Source: Perna viridis
Taxonomy: Eukaryota
DNA: 64,000 bases
Direction: 5' to 3'
Assembly (NCBI GenBank): GCA_037379345.1
Contig: CM074518.1
Coordinates: 1,426,001-1,490,000 of the forward strand
The notes under the pieces are model-generated. The model saw only the letters and a list, made by a program, of their open reading frames with translations. It did no database searches and was not told where the DNA came from. Position numbers and translations under genes: made by a program. This document shows, piece after piece, positions 55,801-64,000 of this stretch (positions within the stretch are counted from its first letter, which is position 1; each line of letters begins with the position of its first letter).

Positions 55801-58669
55801 AAGATGTGTAATAGACAGGATATGGGACAAAACTCTGATATATACAATGTCCTAAGACCCTGGCAATGATAGGACATGGGACAGAACAAAAGATGTGTAC
55901 TATGCCTTATGACAATGGTAATAGACAGAACATGGGACAGAACTCTGATTTGTACAATGCCTTATGACCCTGGTAATAGACAGGACAAGGGACAGAACAA
56001 AGATGTGTATAATGCCTTATCACCCTGGTAATAGACAGGACATGGGACAGAACGTTGATGTGAAAATGCCTTATGATCCTGGTAAAAGACAGGACAAGGG
56101 ACAGAACTCTGATGTGTACAATGCCTTATGACCCTAGTAAAAGACAAGACATGGGACAGAACTCTGATGTGTACAATGCCCTATGATCCTGGTACTAGAC
56201 AGGGCATGGGACCAAACAAAAGTTGTTGTGTACAATGCCTTATGATCTAGGTAATAGACAAGACATGAGACAGAACTCTGATGTGTACAATGCCTTATGA
56301 TCTTGGTAACAGACAGAACATGGGACAGAACTCTGATGTGTACAATGCCTTATGACTCTGGTAATAGACAGGACATGGGACAGAACTCTGATGTGTACAA
56401 TGCCTTATGATCCTGGTAATAGACAAAACATGGGACAGAACTCTGAAGTGTACAATGCCTTAGGACCCTGGTAATAGACAGGACATGAGCTAATACTAAG
56501 ATGTGTACAAAATCTTTTGTCCCTCAAAATAATGTTCAGTCATATATCATTGACAGGTTGAGATTTTAAATCTTCATTAAGGTAAGTCATAGTACCCAAG
56601 CATCAAATATTCATTGATAAACCAGAATATCTTCAGAATTCAGAACATCTAAAGTGACAATCAGCACTGTGATTTTTAATGTGTCATTTTATAACCAATT
56701 TACATTAGATTTCTATGATTATAACTTTACCAAATTTTAATCAAGACATTAGGTTTAAATGGAGCGAGCAAGATCTGGGGAATTGCGGCAATTAGATTTT
56801 ATAAATCTCCTATTTGCATAGCTATTACCACAAAAAGAGAGATTTATTCCTGCTGATATTCCCAAGCTCGTCTACCAAATTAGCTTTCCAAGAAATTTAC
56901 CAAAAACAGCAGTGTCTTGAGTATAATTTAATGCAAGACCAAAATGCCAAATATCAATAAGTCAGATATTGTCCCTGAAACCAGGAACACATTTATAGAA
57001 AACTAAGATCATTTACATAGAAATATAAATAGCTTCTTATCATGTAATCAATCAATGTTCTATATATAGATCTTCTGCCTTTTAATTCAATAACCATCCT
57101 AGATGAACTAAGTGCAACACAGATTTTTGGTGTATGATGTAAAATCATAGATATCTAAAATGGATCATGTTCTCTTTGATGTGGAAATTACTAGAAGTTG
57201 TCTAATTGTATCACAATTGATGTACATGAGGAAGTGGCTTTCAATAATCAATTACATCCAACAGATAAAGGCTTGATAAAATTGGCACACTGAAATGCTA
57301 AAAAGAACAGAATATCTTTAATTAAGCCAAATTAAACATTCCTTTAACATATTTCTATAATAAAAGTCAAACAGATTTTAAAATAGATTCTTTTGAATTT
57401 AGTCTTTCTAATAATGTCACTGAATTCATAACCTGACTATTTAAAAACAGATATTCTGAAAGTTCTCTAGAGCACCATGTTTTCTGATAAGTTACTTGAT
57501 TGTTAATGAACTAGCTTACCAAATGTTATCGACATGTCACAGCAATAACTTTAGCATTGTATCCAAAAGTCAACGACATTTTTTCCCTCTTCAATCTATA
57601 CTGGATGAGCTCACAATGCTCTATACACAATTTAAATGACAGCAGAACTTTCAATTTTACATAGCAATAAAAAAATAACAAGAAATCTTAAAGCAATGGC
57701 CCACTAGTGAAACTCCAGCATTCAATTATGATATATGGAAAATAAACAAATTCCTTGGTAAACAGAAGTTGTTGTTGAATCCTACCATAAGGCATACCTA
57801 CAGGAAGATTGTGTTAATGAATCCTACCATAAGGCATACCTATAGGAAGAATGTGTTAAAATTTATAGCTGCTGTGATGAGTTGTTGCTGAGAAAATTGT
57901 GACGGAAAAAGTGGTAACAGAGGGAAACATAGATAAGGGTAAAACAGTATACCCCCTGCTTCTTCGGTGTGAGGATTTAACAAGTCAGGTCAAAATGTTC
58001 TATTGTTAAGCTTTATTGAATAGAATACCCAAAGACAAGGCATGAGCAGTTCATAAAAAATTCTATGAAACTTCACTAACAGTTTAAAGGTTACTTTGGT
58101 TAGTTTGATGTTTTTTTCCTGTGTGTTAGAGGGGGATTTTTCCTGTGTTAGAAGGGGGTTTTTCCTGTGTGTTAGAGGGGGATTTTTCCTGCATGTTAGA
58201 GGGTTTTTTTTCCTGTGTAAGTTGGGGATTATTTTTGTGTGTTAGAGGGGGATTTTTCCTGCGTAAGTTGGGGATAATTTTTGTGTGTTAGAGGGGGATT
58301 TTTCCTGCTTAAGTTGGGGATAATTTTTGTGTGTTAGAGGGGGATTTTTCCTGCTTAAGTTGGGGATAATTTTTGTGTGTTAGAGGGGGATTTTTCCTGC
58401 TTAAGTTGGGGATTATTTTTGTGTGTTAGTGGGGGATTTTTCCAGATATCTCACTATGTACTATGGTTGTTTGTGAAGGCTTAACCTGTGCACTGAATTA
58501 TAACTACAATATCTCTCACAGTCTTCCTTTAAATCTCTAAATATTACCTGACTAAGAGAAAGTAAATTTCTGGTCTTGTTGACACTTCCTTGAACAGTGT
58601 AATAAATTCCTCAGAAGTGATTCGACCCTTTATAGCAATGTTTTGGTCCTTACGTTTCAGCTCAATCTC
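10751..58669 (-). CDS. PLCL: Phospholipase C-like protein (PLCL1/PLCL2, PRIP family), 5'-partial multi-exon gene; 21 coding exons in window, 801 aa
   Basis: Hand-assembled exons, all bounded by AG...GT on the minus strand with matching phases (2406 nt including stop). The translation has PI-PLC X-box (SSHNTYL, CVELDCWDG, ENHCS), Y-box (SRIYP, VALNYQT), a C2 domain and PLCL-type segments ([49 protein letters not shown]). PH/N-terminal exons not found in the window. Confidence 0.93.
11047..11228 (+). mobile_element. LINE RT N-terminal fragment
   Basis: Reads [43 protein letters not shown], like the non-LTR PIYK-KG...NYRPI...S-LGK motif. Confidence 0.7.
11229..11440 (-). mobile_element. Inverted copy of the Penelope-like 3' tail
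   Basis: Reverse complement matches 2430-2650 (cttaccctactgg...ctggtccatgctc...ggattacattc...cttggtt.ccttgattac). Confidence 0.75.
11544..11716. mobile_element. Short MITE with TA-flanked inverted termini
   Basis: tactgtaaat ... atttacagta termini. Confidence 0.5.
11970..12325. repeat. Minisatellite, ~70 bp x 5
   Basis: cagtgaaccatagattacccatagagacag...ggtaaaatagaagtgaggaaatttgtttc repeated. Confidence 0.92.
13166..13261 (-). CDS. PLCL: PLCL exon: [32 protein letters not shown]
   Basis: Overlaps ORF 13049..13258; ttatag acceptor, CAG|gtagtt donor; 96 nt. Confidence 0.88.
13574..14119. repeat. Minisatellite, 50 bp x ~11
   Basis: tgtacactgaatctcctctcccatcggctggagttttataaggattggta repeated. 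Confidence 0.95.
14280..14372 (-). CDS. PLCL: PLCL exon: [31 protein letters not shown]
   Basis: ttttaag acceptor, AAG|gtcagt donor; 93 nt. Confidence 0.88.
15047..15100 (-). CDS. PLCL: PLCL exon: [18 protein letters not shown]
   Basis: ttttaacag acceptor, AGA|gtatgt donor; 54 nt; fills the gap expected from PLCL homology. Confidence 0.82.
15857..15925 (-). CDS. PLCL: PLCL exon: [23 protein letters not shown]
   Basis: ttttcag acceptor, GAG|gttagt donor; 69 nt. Confidence 0.88.
15965..16602. mobile_element. Non-autonomous HINE/Helentron-like repeat with internal tandem units
   Basis: Internal ~160 bp repeats (cttgacctgtaacttatcatgg..aacttatataccaaaaatc x3) and terminal hairpin-like tataccctccac...gtggggtata; family assignment is inferred. 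Confidence 0.5.
16882..17067 (-). CDS. PLCL: PLCL exon: [62 protein letters not shown]
   Basis: tttttag acceptor, GAG|gtaagc donor; 186 nt, phase 0-0. Confidence 0.9.
17613..17714 (-). CDS. PLCL: PLCL exon, C-terminal region: [34 protein letters not shown]
   Basis: ttgtag acceptor, AAG|gtttgt donor; 102 nt, phase 0-0. Confidence 0.9.
17756..17904. repeat. Tandem repeat, 55 bp x ~2.7
   Basis: gggacggagcttcagcagcactctgtgtatgcaggaggtcaaaataaagatatta. Confidence 0.9.
18027..18800. mobile_element. Dispersed non-autonomous repeat (HINE-like family)
   Basis: Starts aacaaggggctccaaggagtctgaatcg...ctcacctgg; internal blocks shared with 27565-27950, 12500-12730 and 48455-48680. Confidence 0.5.
20248..20345 (-). 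CDS. PLCL: PLCL exon, C2 end: (G)[32 protein letters not shown]
   Basis: ttacag acceptor, GGG|gtaagt donor; 98 nt. Confidence 0.92.
21020..21490. repeat. ~172 bp x ~2.5 tandem units, probably internal to a HINE-like element
   Basis: catcatgtgta.aaatatcctgtaaaata...gtagttcaaaaactgtac.aggagatagc occurs 3 times; ends cggacggacaaac...gtcgcgggggcataa. Confidence 0.7.
21607..21753 (-). CDS. PLCL: PLCL exon, C2 domain: (G)[48 protein letters not shown](G)
   Basis: Lies within ORF 21554..21802; ttatag acceptor, G|gtaagt donor; 147 nt. Confidence 0.93.
22064..23523. repeat. Minisatellite, 38 bp x ~38 (acataagagtggtcctaacgggggttttcatcgatatg)
   Basis: Head-to-tail repeats without spacers; occupies most of the 1.78-kb intron. 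Confidence 0.97.
23537..23675 (-). CDS. PLCL: PLCL exon, C2 domain: [46 protein letters not shown](G)
   Basis: taatag acceptor, G|gttagt donor; 139 nt. Confidence 0.92.
23991..24169 (-). CDS. PLCL: PLCL exon, Y-box end: (V)[59 protein letters not shown]
   Basis: Lies within ORF 23967..24170; tttcag acceptor, AAG|gtaatt donor; 179 nt. Confidence 0.93.
25040..25219 (-). CDS. PLCL: PLCL exon, Y-box: (Q)[59 protein letters not shown]
   Basis: Lies within ORF 25035..25337; tggcag acceptor, G|gttagt donor; 180 nt. Confidence 0.93.
27983..28085 (-). CDS. PLCL: PLCL exon, Y-box start: [34 protein letters not shown](Q)
   Basis: ttttacag acceptor, C|gtaagt donor; 103 nt. Confidence 0.9.
28360..28458 (-). 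CDS. PLCL: PLCL exon, X-Y linker: [33 protein letters not shown]
   Basis: tttttag acceptor, AGG|gtaaga donor; 99 nt; acidic linker with EGxVTDEDE motif. Confidence 0.9.
29374..29542 (-). CDS. PLCL: PLCL exon, X-box end: (Q)[56 protein letters not shown]
   Basis: Lies within ORF 29359..29568; ttgtag acceptor, AAG|gtatt donor; 169 nt. Confidence 0.93.
30068..31429 (+). mobile_element. Tc1/mariner (Tc1-like, DD34E) transposon, full-length but decayed
   Basis: TA at both flanks; imperfect TIRs cagacagtagaagtaattat / cagtcagtggaattaattat; transposase remnant from ATG 30270 ([16 protein letters not shown]...[14 protein letters not shown]) to [10 protein letters not shown]...[15 protein letters not shown]. 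Confidence 0.9.
30270..31345 (+). pseudogene. Tc1-like transposase pseudogene
   Basis: Multiple stops and frameshifts, a 70-bp insertion, and K where the catalytic E is expected (NVIKNIW). Confidence 0.85.
32970..33092. repeat. Tandem repeat, 39 bp x 3
   Basis: aaagatgtcaacattgaacacagaaataaataacatc. Confidence 0.9.
33358..33478 (-). CDS. PLCL: PLCL exon, X-box: (L)[39 protein letters not shown](Q)
   Basis: tatttcag acceptor, CA|gtatgt donor; 121 nt; contains second catalytic His. Confidence 0.93.
33460..34510. repeat. Minisatellite, 44 bp x ~22, made from a splice acceptor plus the first ~19 exon nt
   Basis: Unit gaaataacaaatcaatactgtaaggaccgtccgagcagtccact; the leftmost copy overlaps the real exon start (33478). 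Confidence 0.96.
35111..35224. repeat. Tandem repeat, 44 bp x ~2.6, spanning an exon end and splice donor
   Basis: cacatcgacatcctttatctaatgcattacaaacttacattc; the rightmost copy is coding ([10 protein letters not shown]). Confidence 0.9.
35193..35278 (-). CDS. PLCL: PLCL exon, X-box: (T)[28 protein letters not shown](L)
   Basis: tttgtag acceptor, T|gtaagt donor; 86 nt, phase 2 to 1. Confidence 0.92.
36484..36650. repeat. Tandem repeat, ~42 bp x 4
   Basis: tatatcaaccttaactcttagccatgcatgctaacccc. Confidence 0.9.
37597..38252. repeat. ~22 bp minisatellite (gagaaactgatacagggagat[t]ga) split by a ~225 bp insert at ~37790-38012
   Basis: Array resumes after the insert; the insert shares blocks with 20775-20990 (atatc.tatattttaactatactt..aagtatg). 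Confidence 0.85.
38299..38416 (-). CDS. PLCL: PLCL exon, X-box start: (G)[38 protein letters not shown](T)
   Basis: ttgtag acceptor, AC|gtaagt donor; 118 nt; contains first catalytic His/Asn. Confidence 0.93.
38811..38985. repeat. Tandem repeat, 59 bp x 3
   Basis: tggtgagttggggtaatagcttggcactaggagttataccccaggcatgttctttccag. Confidence 0.9.
40793..40886 (-). CDS. PLCL: PLCL exon: [31 protein letters not shown](G)
   Basis: tttcag acceptor, G|gtagg donor; 94 nt, phase 0 to 1. Confidence 0.9.
41046..41193 (-). mobile_element. Inverted 5'-truncated copy of the Penelope-like tail
   Basis: Near-identical reverse complement of ~2505-2652; ORF 40883..41182 shares [32 protein letters not shown] with ORF 2538..2795. 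Confidence 0.85.
43280..43510. repeat. Degenerate ~45 bp tandem repeat x 5
   Basis: aaatactgtcagcaggctcactcaacttcagagtgaagatctat. Confidence 0.8.
43995..44870. repeat. Minisatellite, ~51 bp x ~17 (aatatacagtcaacacatacatctcagcacgtcgaggggggtaaagtacat)
   Basis: Direct repeats with variable G-run; 17-aa periodicity in overlapping ORFs. Confidence 0.95.
44871..45765. repeat. Minisatellite, 28 bp x ~32, with a 420-bp higher-order duplication
   Basis: Unit catcttacc(a/t)gc(a/t)g.ta.catttacaaa; 44881-45170 is repeated exactly at 45301-45590. Confidence 0.96.
47004..47521 (+). mobile_element. SINE-like GC-rich interspersed repeat
   Basis: GC-rich island ending atatagctgaaatatc...aaccccaacaacaacaaacaatc (simple-repeat tail); family not identified. 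Confidence 0.4.
50282..50649. repeat. Minisatellite, ~73 bp x 5
   Basis: ttcacatgcctgatgtctaaatggtaggggtataaagattggccagacaaacctcaataactgcatacaaaac. Confidence 0.95.
50990..51377. repeat. Complex tandem repeat built from ~22 bp subunits (cttcagtgttgtgggatctgta)
   Basis: Subunits alternate with cttcagtgtcctggtgtctttt; produces the spurious ORFs 50820..51500 and 51110..51517. Confidence 0.88.
51569..51635 (-). CDS. PLCL: PLCL exon: (R)[22 protein letters not shown]
   Basis: tttacag acceptor, GGG|gtaaga donor; 67 nt, phase 2 to 0. Confidence 0.9.
52289..53123 (+). mobile_element. Possible Kolobok-like DNA transposon remnant
   Basis: TTAA at both ends (ttaagg... / ...ccctttaa), two internal TGACGTCA motifs, CpG-richer than flanks, decayed frame with MTFEECSCC; TIR match is poor. 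Confidence 0.35.
55250..55566. repeat. Minisatellite, 51 bp x ~6
   Basis: ctagaaaactgtgagtttagtgaccacttgttgaaacacccactctactcc. Confidence 0.93.
55787..56510. repeat. Minisatellite, ~59 bp x ~12
   Basis: gtaatagacaggacatgggacagaactctgatgtgtacaatgccttatgaccctg. Confidence 0.93.
58110..58443. repeat. Minisatellite with ~22/45 bp units
   Basis: gtgtgttagagggggatttttcctgcttaagttggggataattttt. Confidence 0.9.
58548..58669 (-). CDS. PLCL: PLCL exon (EF-hand region): [40 protein letters not shown](R)
   Basis: ttacag acceptor, AG|gtaat donor; 122 nt, phase 0 to 2. Confidence 0.9.
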
Positions 58670-60159
58670 CTGTAAGTAGACAACATATCTCAGATTTACT
58701 ATAGACAATACTTCATAATTATGGTCTTTAGTAGATGTGAGATTTTATGGATCAAAGATACAGGTAAAGGCCATACATGTAGCTGTAGGCTGAGGTCCAA
58801 AGTGATTTCTTAGGAAAAAAATCTAATATATACTAAAGACTGTCATTTTTTCATTATAAAACAATTCAGAAAGAAAGCAAAACTATTTCAATATGGTTTT
58901 CATAAAACGTAATGATGTAATGCGAAAAGGCATTTGAATGTGAATTTGAAAGGTAACCAATATGATTTTTAATTAAACAATATCAAGAGTTACAAAATGT
59001 TATGTGTCAGCATTTCATCCAATGAAAACTTCAAAATAAAATCACTAATGATTAAAATCAAAAAGTTTTACTAGTGTTGACTGAAGCTTTAAATCTACTA
59101 ATGCTGAAAAAAAATTAAATCAAATATTTTTACAGCAGACAATACTGCAACTACTGCAAAATTTAATGCAAATAAATGGCTGTAGCTCAAAAGAAGGGTA
59201 TTAATCATGAAATCTGTATTTACATAAATAAATCCCTTAAAGAATTCGAAACATTTGTAAGCAAATTTTCAAAATTGTGTTTTTTTGGGTTTCTTTTGCA
59301 ATTTACCTCAATTTTAGAAATCAAAAGTGACTATTTTCCAAGTTCTGACCATGCTTACGTCATTTAATTATCATAAACACAAACATCTTTACTTGATATT
59401 GCAACTTGTCAAAACCAGAATTTCCAAAAAGACAAATGATTATGTAAATGATCCTGTACTTCAAAATAATCAACACTCTACCTATTACCCTGGAGAATGT
59501 CTGTACAAACAGATCAAAATATGACCAATTTTGGAATGCTTTTGACAGGAAGTTGTATGTCTGTCTGTTTTTAGATATCAGACACAACATACCTTAGACC
59601 ACAGTTCTATTTAATGACTACCAAACTAACCAACACAGATAAAGACACAAGTATGCCGGTTTCTGTCTACTAAAGTTAAAATCATGACATTATGGCATTC
59701 TAACAATGATTTGCAAAAATGAAATAGATAATAAAACTAGATACAATAAACCAAGAGAGATCTCAATCTCCTTTATTTTATTAAAGTTCAATAAAAAGGC
59801 AAAAAAATAATGAAATTTTATCCTATATTCTCAATAAACATTGACTGGCATGGGGACAAAAAATATTTTATGATTATTAACAGTACTAAACTTCTAAATC
59901 AATCATTGATAAGAATGTGTTGTGGTTGTCTGAGGAACAGCATCATGTCCATTGTTGTAAGTTCATATCTCTCTAACTCAACATTTCCTGCTCAGGTGAT
60001 AGCTAGTTTCCTGTAACCACAAGACAACAGTGACAGGAAGTCTCGTTTATCTATTTTGTGACTTGTCCAGCATAATTCATTGTGTCAATCTTATACACTG
60101 TCTCACAATTTCATCATTGAACGAGTTTTCAAACATAAAACAATTTACCAGCTCTAAAA

Positions 60160-60848
60160 GTCTGAATAGGTCAAACCTTCAATAGAAGTCCCCGACTGGG
60201 AAACCTGTCTAAATACGCCAAACCCTTAGTGGGGAACCTGTCTAAAGAGGCCAAACCCTCAGTAGGAAACATGACAAAATAACCAAATCCTCAGTGGGGA
60301 ACCTGCCTAAAGAGGCCAAACCCGCAGTAGGAAACATGACAGAATAGCCAAACTCTCAGCAGGAAAGCTGTCTGAGTAGGCCAACCTTTAAGGGGAAACT
60401 TGTCAGAATAGGCCAAACCTTCAGTGGAAAGTCTGAATAGGCTAAACCCTAATTGGGAAACATATCTGAGAAAGCCAAACCCTCAGTGGAAAACCTGACT
60501 AAATAGGTCAGACACTCATTGGGAAACCTGTCTGAATGGGAACCCAAAATAAATATAAATAGGACCTGAGACCAGTTGTAATAGACTGAAAAGGCCAAAC
60601 CCTAAGTGGGAAACCTGTATGAATAGGCTTAACCTTCACTGGGAAACGTGTCTGAATAGCCAAACCCCCAAAAAGGAAACATTAATTGGGAAACCTGTAA
60701 ACATAGGACCTGTAACCTGCTGTAATAGTCTGAATAGCCCAAACCCTCAGTAGGAAACATGCCTAAATAGGCCAAACCATCAATGGCAAACCCATCTGAG
60801 TAGGCCAACCCTTAGTGGGAATCTTATCAGATTAGGCCTAACCCTCAC
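60160..60848. repeat. Degenerate ~34 bp tandem repeat
   Basis: ggccaaaccctcagtgggaaacctgtctgaata variants. Confidence 0.8.
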
Positions 60849-60940
60849 TTACATACATAGGATCTGTGACCAGCTGTAGTAATTGTAATTCACTATACTA
60901 TTTGTTTTATAGCATGCTATACATGTATATACTTGATCAA

Positions 60941-61141
60941 GTCAATATGCTACATGTACTTATTTAATAATGTCAATATGCTACATGTACTTATATAACA
61001 ATGTCAATATGCTACATGTACCTATTTAATCATGTCAATATGCTACACGTACTTATTTAATCATGTCAATATGTTACATGTACATTTTTAATCATGTCAA
61101 TATGCCACATGTACTTGTTTGATATTATGCTACATGTACTT
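60941..61141. repeat. Tandem repeat, ~31 bp x ~6
   Basis: gtcaatatgctacatgtacttatttaatcat. Confidence 0.88.
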
Positions 61142-61692
61142 GTCCTTGTGTTAATGGAAAAATACATAAGCACAGCCAATCAAAGTTAGCACATCCCAGC
61201 TGCTGATTATAACCATCAAAGGGAATAAAATGTATTATAGGAAGTAAAATACGATCATCTATAAAGAATTGATAAGCCTCATCCATTAATGGCAAGTAGT
61301 CACATCAAAGTCTGTATAAGTCAAATCTGTTGTAACATAGTTGAAGAATTAGAATAGTTATATGATTCTGGTACAATTACAAAATAAATGTCAACAAAAA
61401 ACTTGTCATTAAAGAGCTGCCTCAAAGATTGTCTTAACTCTCAAAATATACTACTGCATTTAAGGTATAAGGTACCTATTATACATTGTACACTACACAA
61501 ACATTACCAGGCCAAACTTATATAGACATGCATATATCATGTAGTTCAATGAGTCTCACACTTTTTATATAGTGAAACATGGTGGCAAAGACCCACAAAA
61601 CAAGAAGTTGATAGTAGAATTTACCAAAAATCATTAACAATATATGCACCATCTACCAAATTATATATCAATCCATCTATTGGGAATTAAGA

Positions 61693-62478
61693 TACAGTCA
61701 AATCTGATGAATCTGGCCACTAAGTAAACTGGAATCCTGTCAATATCGGCTAATTTTTATAGTCCCGAATCTTTTCTCATATTTCCTTTAGATAAATACC
61801 CCTAATGGACCGGCCCCATCCTCTTTCCAAATTCTGGTCATCAACTCCCGTCCCAATACACAAAATCCCTTTATAACCTACCTGTCAAAACAGGGTCATC
61901 AAACACTTGTCAAATTATCAATAGGTAATTATGCAAGATTAACACAATCAAGGAACCCCAAGGGTGTTTAAATTGCTAAGCCGATAAAAGAAATGAATTA
62001 GTGATTAATGTTTATAGCAATCAACTGTTGTTAAATTAGAAAAATGAAATATGTCAATACAGATGGTACACTATACCAATCAACATTTCATCGAAAACGT
62101 GAATCATATGATAAATTATGTAAACACGAAGGATGAGAGATTTCTGCAGTTCTGGCGGCCTATGAAATCCATGTCAGATGACACCATTGTATGCTCGAAC
62201 TGAATGGTGAAAAACAAGGAACACTGGATCAGTTCTTTTAACTTGATACTATGAATGTAAATACATGTATATGTTGATTATTAGAATTTGTCTTCAATTA
62301 AATATCAATTTATTTGATTATTTTTAATCATTGACCATACATATGCCTTGGTTATCATCTGTCATCGTTTTTCAAACCGTTTTTTTCAATTCCCCAATAA
62401 AACCTGCCCAAAACGGTTCACTGTAGAAACCGGCCTCTTTCTGTATTCTGAAGGGTGGCCGATTTTCACAGGTTAACT
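61693..62478. mobile_element. Putative pogo/Tigger-like MITE
   Basis: Begins tacagtcaaatctg...ggccac and ends gtggccgattttcacaggttaact (imperfect inverted ends). Confidence 0.4.
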
Positions 62479-63605
62479 AAACTCAGATAAACAAAATGAC
62501 ATAGAGACAAGGTGATTTGTGTGGGGGTATAATTACACATTAAACATTAAAATTACATATACTATGTCAAGATTTCAAACCAATTTTAATGCATTATGCA
62601 AAGAGAAGAAATTCTCTTTACGTCCCTTAGTAGGTACAGTCTACCTGAACATTAGTCATTACAATATGCTTACAAGGTGCAAGTTCAATTTTTGTAATTA
62701 TTTTTATAATTAGAAATATTATAAACAGATTTTCTCTATACTGTTTAAGAAAGCTGAATAAATACTGGTTTCACTATACAAATAAAATAACCATTAAGAA
62801 TTTCCATGGAGACCTTGATTGTAACTTGGAATTGAAGGACTATTATCTGGTGACCTAAGGGTTCAAGTTGTAATTAACCGTTCTTACCATAAAAAGAATG
62901 TAGAACACAGGCTTAATTGAATTGCTTCAGAATCTGATCAAAGGTTTTAATCATCTGCTCCAGTATTTTCTGTCCATGTAAAAAAGTACATGACTTGCCA
63001 TTATCTTAAAGAACAAACTCTAAAACAATCTTAAAGTAAAGTAATGGTTTACTGGTAATATGGGCCATATAAAATGTGGTGTTTTGTTAGAATTTCAAAC
63101 AGTTTATGGTAAAAATTTGCAATCAAATCTATTACTAACTGAAGGACATATCATTCTTGATTTTTTAAAATCAAACAGAAGAGTCATACATATGTGTTTT
63201 TGGCTACACCTGAGTGAGTGTCCATTAAATGTTCATATAGTGTTTAGTAAATGTCTATAAAAGTGTTGACCAAGTGTCTACAGCTTGCCCATTAGTTTTG
63301 ACATCTAGAGGTTCATCCATTCCCTGACCTTTGAATTTGGGGGTACATATTTAAGGGTACAACTTACCTGACATACTCAGACTAATATTTCTCTTTATAA
63401 TTAAATATTATTCTCAAAAGGAGACAATTATCATTCTGTTTCAGAAGACGGAAATAAAGAATGACCAGCAATTCAAAGATTAAAATAAAAATAGAATATT
63501 GTTAATGTGTGTGCATTTTGACATTTTGACTTGTGAAATTGTACCTACATGATTTTTATTAAACATGACAAACGTACTGCAGTCCATGAACAGGCATGCT
63601 GCTAT

Positions 63606-64000
63606 AAAGTGTCTCCATAGTGACAACTAAGTGTCCAAAAAGTGTCCCTATAGTGATGATTAAGTGTCCACAAAGTGTCTCCATAGTGACGACTAAGTGT
63701 CCACACAGTGTCCCTATATTGACAAATAAGTGTCCATAACATGTTCTTTTAGGGACAACTAAGTGTCCAAAAAGTGTCCCTATAGTAATGACTAAGTGTC
63801 AACAAAGTGTTCCTACAGTGACAACTTAGCATCCACAAAATGTCCTTAGTGATGACAAAGTGTCCACAAAATGTTCCTACAGTGACGACTAAGTGTCCAC
63901 AAAGGGTTTCTATAGTGACGACTAAGTGTCCTTAAAGTGTCCCTACAGTGACGATTAAGTGTCCACAAAGTGTCCCTTCAAGGACGACTTTGTGTCCACA
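63606..64000. repeat. Minisatellite, ~33 bp, running off the window edge
   Basis: aaagtgtccctatagtgacgactaagtgtccac variants. Confidence 0.92.

Noticed and set aside
63360-63400. Strong CAG|gtaagt donor as a possible upstream PLCL exon end
   Set aside because: The required phase-0 frame has a TGA just upstream and no EF-hand similarity.

Overview
AT-rich eukaryotic (metazoan) genomic DNA; the repeat content suggests a bivalve mollusc, but that is inference. The window is dominated by one minus-strand gene that the ORF track shows only in fragments: a phospholipase C-like (PLCL1/PLCL2, PRIP family) gene. I traced 21 GT-AG coding exons by hand from 58669 down to the stop codon at 10751-10753. 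They join in continuous phase to give 801 codons: EF-hand region, X and Y catalytic boxes, C2 domain and the PLCL-type C-terminal tail. The 5' exons (PH domain) lie beyond the right edge. Unlike vertebrate PLCL1/2, this protein keeps every canonical PI-PLC active-site residue, including the second catalytic His (IYHGHT). The introns and flanks hold more than 20 minisatellite arrays, a decayed Tc1 transposon with TIRs, Penelope-like and LINE RT fragments, MITEs and SINE/HINE-like repeats. The most unusual pattern is that several arrays are amplified copies of this gene's own splice sites: about 22 copies of a 3' acceptor, a duplicated donor in the same intron, and 5 extra copies of the donor just after the stop codon. 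A further array of about 32 GTAAGA donor-like units starts at an AG|GT recursive-splice-like point in the middle of a large intron. No prokaryotic features, tRNA/rRNA genes or CRISPR arrays were found.
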